64,000 nucleotides of DNA from a virus. The DNA is taken from the IMG/VR virus record IMGVR_UViG_3300020202_000064, positions 1 to 64,000 of that record; one strand, 5' to 3'. Under the pieces are notes generated by a model. That model saw only the letters and a program-made list of their open reading frames with translations. It did no database searches and had not been told where the DNA came from. Positions 60,988 through 64,000 of the stretch are shown piece after piece; positions within the stretch are counted from its first letter, which is position 1, and each line of letters begins with the position of its first letter. A program made the translations under genes and the position numbers.

Positions 60988-61715
60988 AAATATTCAATAT
61001 CTGGGTCAGCGAAACTACCACCATTTTGGATAGCTCGATAAACTGTGTATGCTCTAAAATCTTTTCTATTTTTGTAGTAAATAGTCTTTGTTTTCTGAAC
61101 TTTGTTGTTTGATGCGGCCACGTATTTACTGATAGCATCAGATATTAATAGTTCATGCGGATGTTCGGTGCCGACTTCTTGGAACAATGAAATGTTTTTA
61201 TTACAAAATGACAAATCTGGCAAAATATTCGTATTAAAGCCGAGAAGGTTTCGAGCAATAAATCCATCAAAGAATGGCACAGACATATACAAGTCAGGCG
61301 TCCATAATGCCGCCAGTTGATTATAATCAAAGCGCTGACGGTAATATTTATGAGTTGGGTCTGTATGATACGAAGAATACACTTTAAGTAAATCAGAGTA
61401 TCCCTTACTGTTTCGCGCAAATACTATAATCTTATGTTCGTTATATCGACTCTCTGGTGTTTGAGCCTTAGCATCATCACACATTATAATTTCGACACCA
61501 AATATCAATTTGATATTCCGTGATTTACAACCCTTCCAAGCTTCAAGAAAGGTGGCGAAACTTTTAGATACAAACACTATCTCCTTTAACTTAGCCTCTT
61601 CCGCCATACTAAAGATGGATTGTGGTCCATTCGCATAGCAATCCTTTGGGTTCCAAAAGGTTAATATGCTCTTTTCTGAAGAATGGTCGTAGAATATTGG
61701 GATAATGTCACTCAT
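60939..61715 (-). CDS. PHP domain (separate N-terminus of Pol III alpha)
   Basis: IKLIFGVE, IIVFARNSKGYSDL. Confidence 0.75.
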   Translation of the reverse strand: MSDIIPIFYDHSSEKSILTFWNPKDCYANGPQSIFSMAEEAKLKEIVFVSKSFATFLEAWKGCKSRNIKLIFGVEIIMCDDAKAQTPESRYNEHKIIVFARNSKGYSDLLKVYSSYHTDPTHKYYRQRFDYNQLAALWTPDLYMSVPFFDGFIARNLLGFNTNILPDLSFCNKNISLFQEVGTEHPHELLISDAISKYVAASNNKVQKTKTIYYKNRKDFRAYTVYRAIQNGGSFADPDIEYFCSDAFCFEVWRNLST

Positions 61716-62617
61716 TCGAAAATATAACCCTCGCGTCGTCCCATTAGATTTTCATTAAGCGTCTGCTTGCGCGCGGCAACCCATTTGTTATCGTCAATGA
61801 ATTCGACAGGTTTTACATAAAAATCACCAATCACATCGGGAAATTTGTATATGGAGCCGAAAGATATATCGCCATTTGGTTGTATAATTGCGTATGTGCT
61901 CTGTCCCCCATCTATACAATAGGAACCGCCAATACTTCTAACAGTATTATGTTTTGGTGTGTGTCCAACAATTTGTTTAACGGGAAGATTGTCTTCAAAA
62001 TCGTGATTCCAATCAGCCCAAATCGGGCCACCGAGTGCCACACTTCCGCCGCGAGAGAATCCGACCGCAAAAAGTGGGTGCTTGCCAAAATGGACCAGTT
62101 GTAGCGCTTCCTCCGATTCGGTATTCAATTTTTCGTAGTTTTCCTCTACCGAAGCAAACGGACGCCAGTTATTTTCACGAAAACCAGCATGTGACGCAAG
62201 CCACCCATTTACAACTGTAAACAGACGCATCTTTCGCCAATCTTTAATAGTTAGAACGTCATTAATTTTATGCGCCTTATTATTAGTATAACCAGAGCAA
62301 TAATTATAAAGTTTCTTTATTGAATAACCCCTCCGAAGGTGATAGGCGGCTTCTAAATAAGCAATATCATGATTCCCCAGAAGTAGAGTTGCGTTACCAT
62401 ACGCTCCATCAAGCATTTGTTTGACGAACGTTGCAGTTTCAGCGACCCCTGAAACAATCGGAGGTTCGTTGAAACTATCAAACCAATCCCCCAAAAACAC
62501 AATATGGTCAAAATTACCACGCTCCTGTTCGAGCACAGCCTTTACCCAATCGATACGTTGGTGCGCATCACTCAGCACGAGTGCGCGAACGCCATCAATT
62601 TTCCATTTTGGATTCAT
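61712..62617 (-). CDS. Metallophosphoesterase
   Basis: SDAH, LGDWFD, GNHD, SHAG, QIVGHT. Confidence 0.88.
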   Translation of the reverse strand: MNPKWKIDGVRALVLSDAHQRIDWVKAVLEQERGNFDHIVFLGDWFDSFNEPPIVSGVAETATFVKQMLDGAYGNATLLLGNHDIAYLEAAYHLRRGYSIKKLYNYCSGYTNNKAHKINDVLTIKDWRKMRLFTVVNGWLASHAGFRENNWRPFASVEENYEKLNTESEEALQLVHFGKHPLFAVGFSRGGSVALGGPIWADWNHDFEDNLPVKQIVGHTPKHNTVRSIGGSYCIDGGQSTYAIIQPNGDISFGSIYKFPDVIGDFYVKPVEFIDDNKWVAARKQTLNENLMGRREGYIFE

Positions 62618-62648
62618 CCAAATAATATCTAGGACTTTGAAAGGATAG

Positions 62649-63644
62649 TCAAGAGTAGTTTCTTAGTTTTCCATCTGGGCTATAAAAATAAGGACACCCC
62701 GAATAAAAATGTTCCGTAATTATTTCGCCTCCAACGGGTTGAATGGGAGTCTTGGATGTTCGGGTAATTTTGCCATTTTGTAAGGCGGCAAAGTATGTAA
62801 ACGGCGCACGATATCCGCAAACGTTAAAACAAAACCCCTTATCTTCGATAGCGCGAAGATTGAGTTTCGCCTTTTCCACAGTAAACGTTTCGAATTCACC
62901 ATGTAAATTTTCGACATATGAGACCAAGCCTTTAAGTTGGGAATCGGTATATGGTTCAACAACTTGTAAAAACTTCTTGGGGTCTTTCTTATTTGCGGCG
63001 TGACGTAATAGAATAAATTCCACTTTTGCGGGGACACCAAACACTTCCTTAACGGCGAGTTGATAAATGGCCGCTTGAATGTTATTTTCCAATTCGTCTT
63101 CGGTAAATTTGTTCTTCTGTGTTTTATAATCTCGAATTATAGCATAACCATCATAGAAAGCAAGACGGTCAACAAATCCTTTAATTTTCGCCTTTCCTAT
63201 AAGCAATTCAAAACGCCATTCAGGAGGTAGAACCTTGGTTGCCCCAGTAAAATAGAAATCATAACCAAGTGCTACCATTAACAAGTCATCTAAATCGGCA
63301 GAATGCTTATCTTCCATTAATGGATTATCTCGTTTAAAATTCTCGACTAATCGAGCTATAGATGGGACGGATTTATGTGTGCCAGTACGAATAATCGTTT
63401 CGACATATTCTTTACGTCTTAGATTATCTTTCGCAAGACATTCCAAAACGATATGGCATAAGGAACCAACAAATGTTTTACTCCAAACCCGTTCTGGAAG
63501 TTTTAAGCATGCAGAGCAATAAAATTCCCAACTACAGCTTTGCAATCCCTTTATGCGGGAAGCGGACAGCCTTGGTTTCTCCGAAGGCATCGGAGGATAA
63601 GTTTTCTTAGGAAAAGTATCTTTAATTTGTGAGCCGAAAGCCAT
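62649..63644 (-). CDS. PD-(D/E)XK (Cas4/RecB-like) exonuclease
   Basis: LSASRI..C, GFVDR, DYKT, Q...Y, C..VC. Confidence 0.85.
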   Translation of the reverse strand: MAFGSQIKDTFPKKTYPPMPSEKPRLSASRIKGLQSCSWEFYCSACLKLPERVWSKTFVGSLCHIVLECLAKDNLRRKEYVETIIRTGTHKSVPSIARLVENFKRDNPLMEDKHSADLDDLLMVALGYDFYFTGATKVLPPEWRFELLIGKAKIKGFVDRLAFYDGYAIIRDYKTQKNKFTEDELENNIQAAIYQLAVKEVFGVPAKVEFILLRHAANKKDPKKFLQVVEPYTDSQLKGLVSYVENLHGEFETFTVEKAKLNLRAIEDKGFCFNVCGYRAPFTYFAALQNGKITRTSKTPIQPVGGEIITEHFYSGCPYFYSPDGKLRNYS

Positions 63645-63646
63645 GG

Positions 63647-63997
63647 TTATATTGGGAGGGTTTCCTTGGGTACATACGTAATAAGTTTGTACTTGCGTTG
63701 TTTTTTATCACATTCCTTGCAGACATTGTTGGCATTTTCACTTTCGCCATCGGCAATAACATATACGAAGTCGGAATTTTGAACGATTTGAGAATTGGAA
63801 ATTAGCGCGCCGCCCACTTTATGTGGTACGGGAAAAACTGTAAATGGAACAGTGGCCTTTTTTGCAAAAGTCTGAACCGTCTCGCCGCCACTAACGACGT
63901 TATTAGTCACGATGTGGCTTACATAGTCTAGTTTATCCTTAAGTAATTCTTCAAGAAAACCCAAGTCGCAAAACGTGCGTGGGGCTACAATACCCAA
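63647..63997 (-). CDS. SLOG-like (YspA/DUF2493-type) protein, possibly 5'-truncated
   Basis: SGG, NSQIVQNSD, DGES pattern. Confidence 0.45.
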   Translation of the reverse strand: MGIVAPRTFCDLGFLEELLKDKLDYVSHIVTNNVVSGGETVQTFAKKATVPFTVFPVPHKVGGALISNSQIVQNSDFVYVIADGESENANNVCKECDKKQRKYKLITYVPKETLPI

Positions 63998-64000
63998 CTT

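Noticed and set aside
1-64000. Genome-wide TAG reassignment (code 15)
   Set aside because: Long conserved genes (nadE, dnaE, ligases, Ro60-like) are intact and tightly packed under the standard code; only one local TAG-interrupted candidate was seen.

Overview
64 kb segment of a large (jumbo-type) lytic phage genome, almost entirely transcribed on the minus strand. A PVC-style pilin gene suggests a Verrucomicrobia (Opitutae-like) host, which is an inference. 1-37 kb: dense small accessory genes plus an RNA repair/maturation set (Rnl1-type and DRB0094-type RNA ligases, P-loop kinase, RNase Z, Thg1-like protein, phosphatases) and a deamidating NAD+ salvage set (PncA, PncB, NadE, NUDIX) interleaved with a TerY-P-like vWA/PP2C/kinase triad. 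37-53.6 kb: a large RNA island with about 39 tRNA genes covering all 20 amino acids (including an amber suppressor and tRNA-Ile(UAU)), tmRNA, an atypical RNase P RNA, antisense HNH-type endonuclease genes ending at tRNA 3' ends, and many unexplained structured RNAs. 55-64 kb: Ro60/TROVE-like (DUF2828-type) vWA protein, HNH nuclease, DNA polymerase III alpha split into three genes, Cas4/RecB-like nuclease. Main discovery: 12 RNA elements share a covarying terminal stem plus a (A)CAGC motif (TAAGxyz-NN-ACAGC...z'y'x'CTTAG). Eleven are in the tRNA island, four carry circularly permuted tRNA-mimic cores (Y RNA/YrlA topology), and one minimal copy sits on the translation start of the Ro60-like gene, suggesting a phage Ro60-like RNP system with autoregulation. 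A gene with two early in-frame TAG codons lies directly beside the amber suppressor tRNA. All calls are from motif reading by eye; no database searches or folding programs were run.
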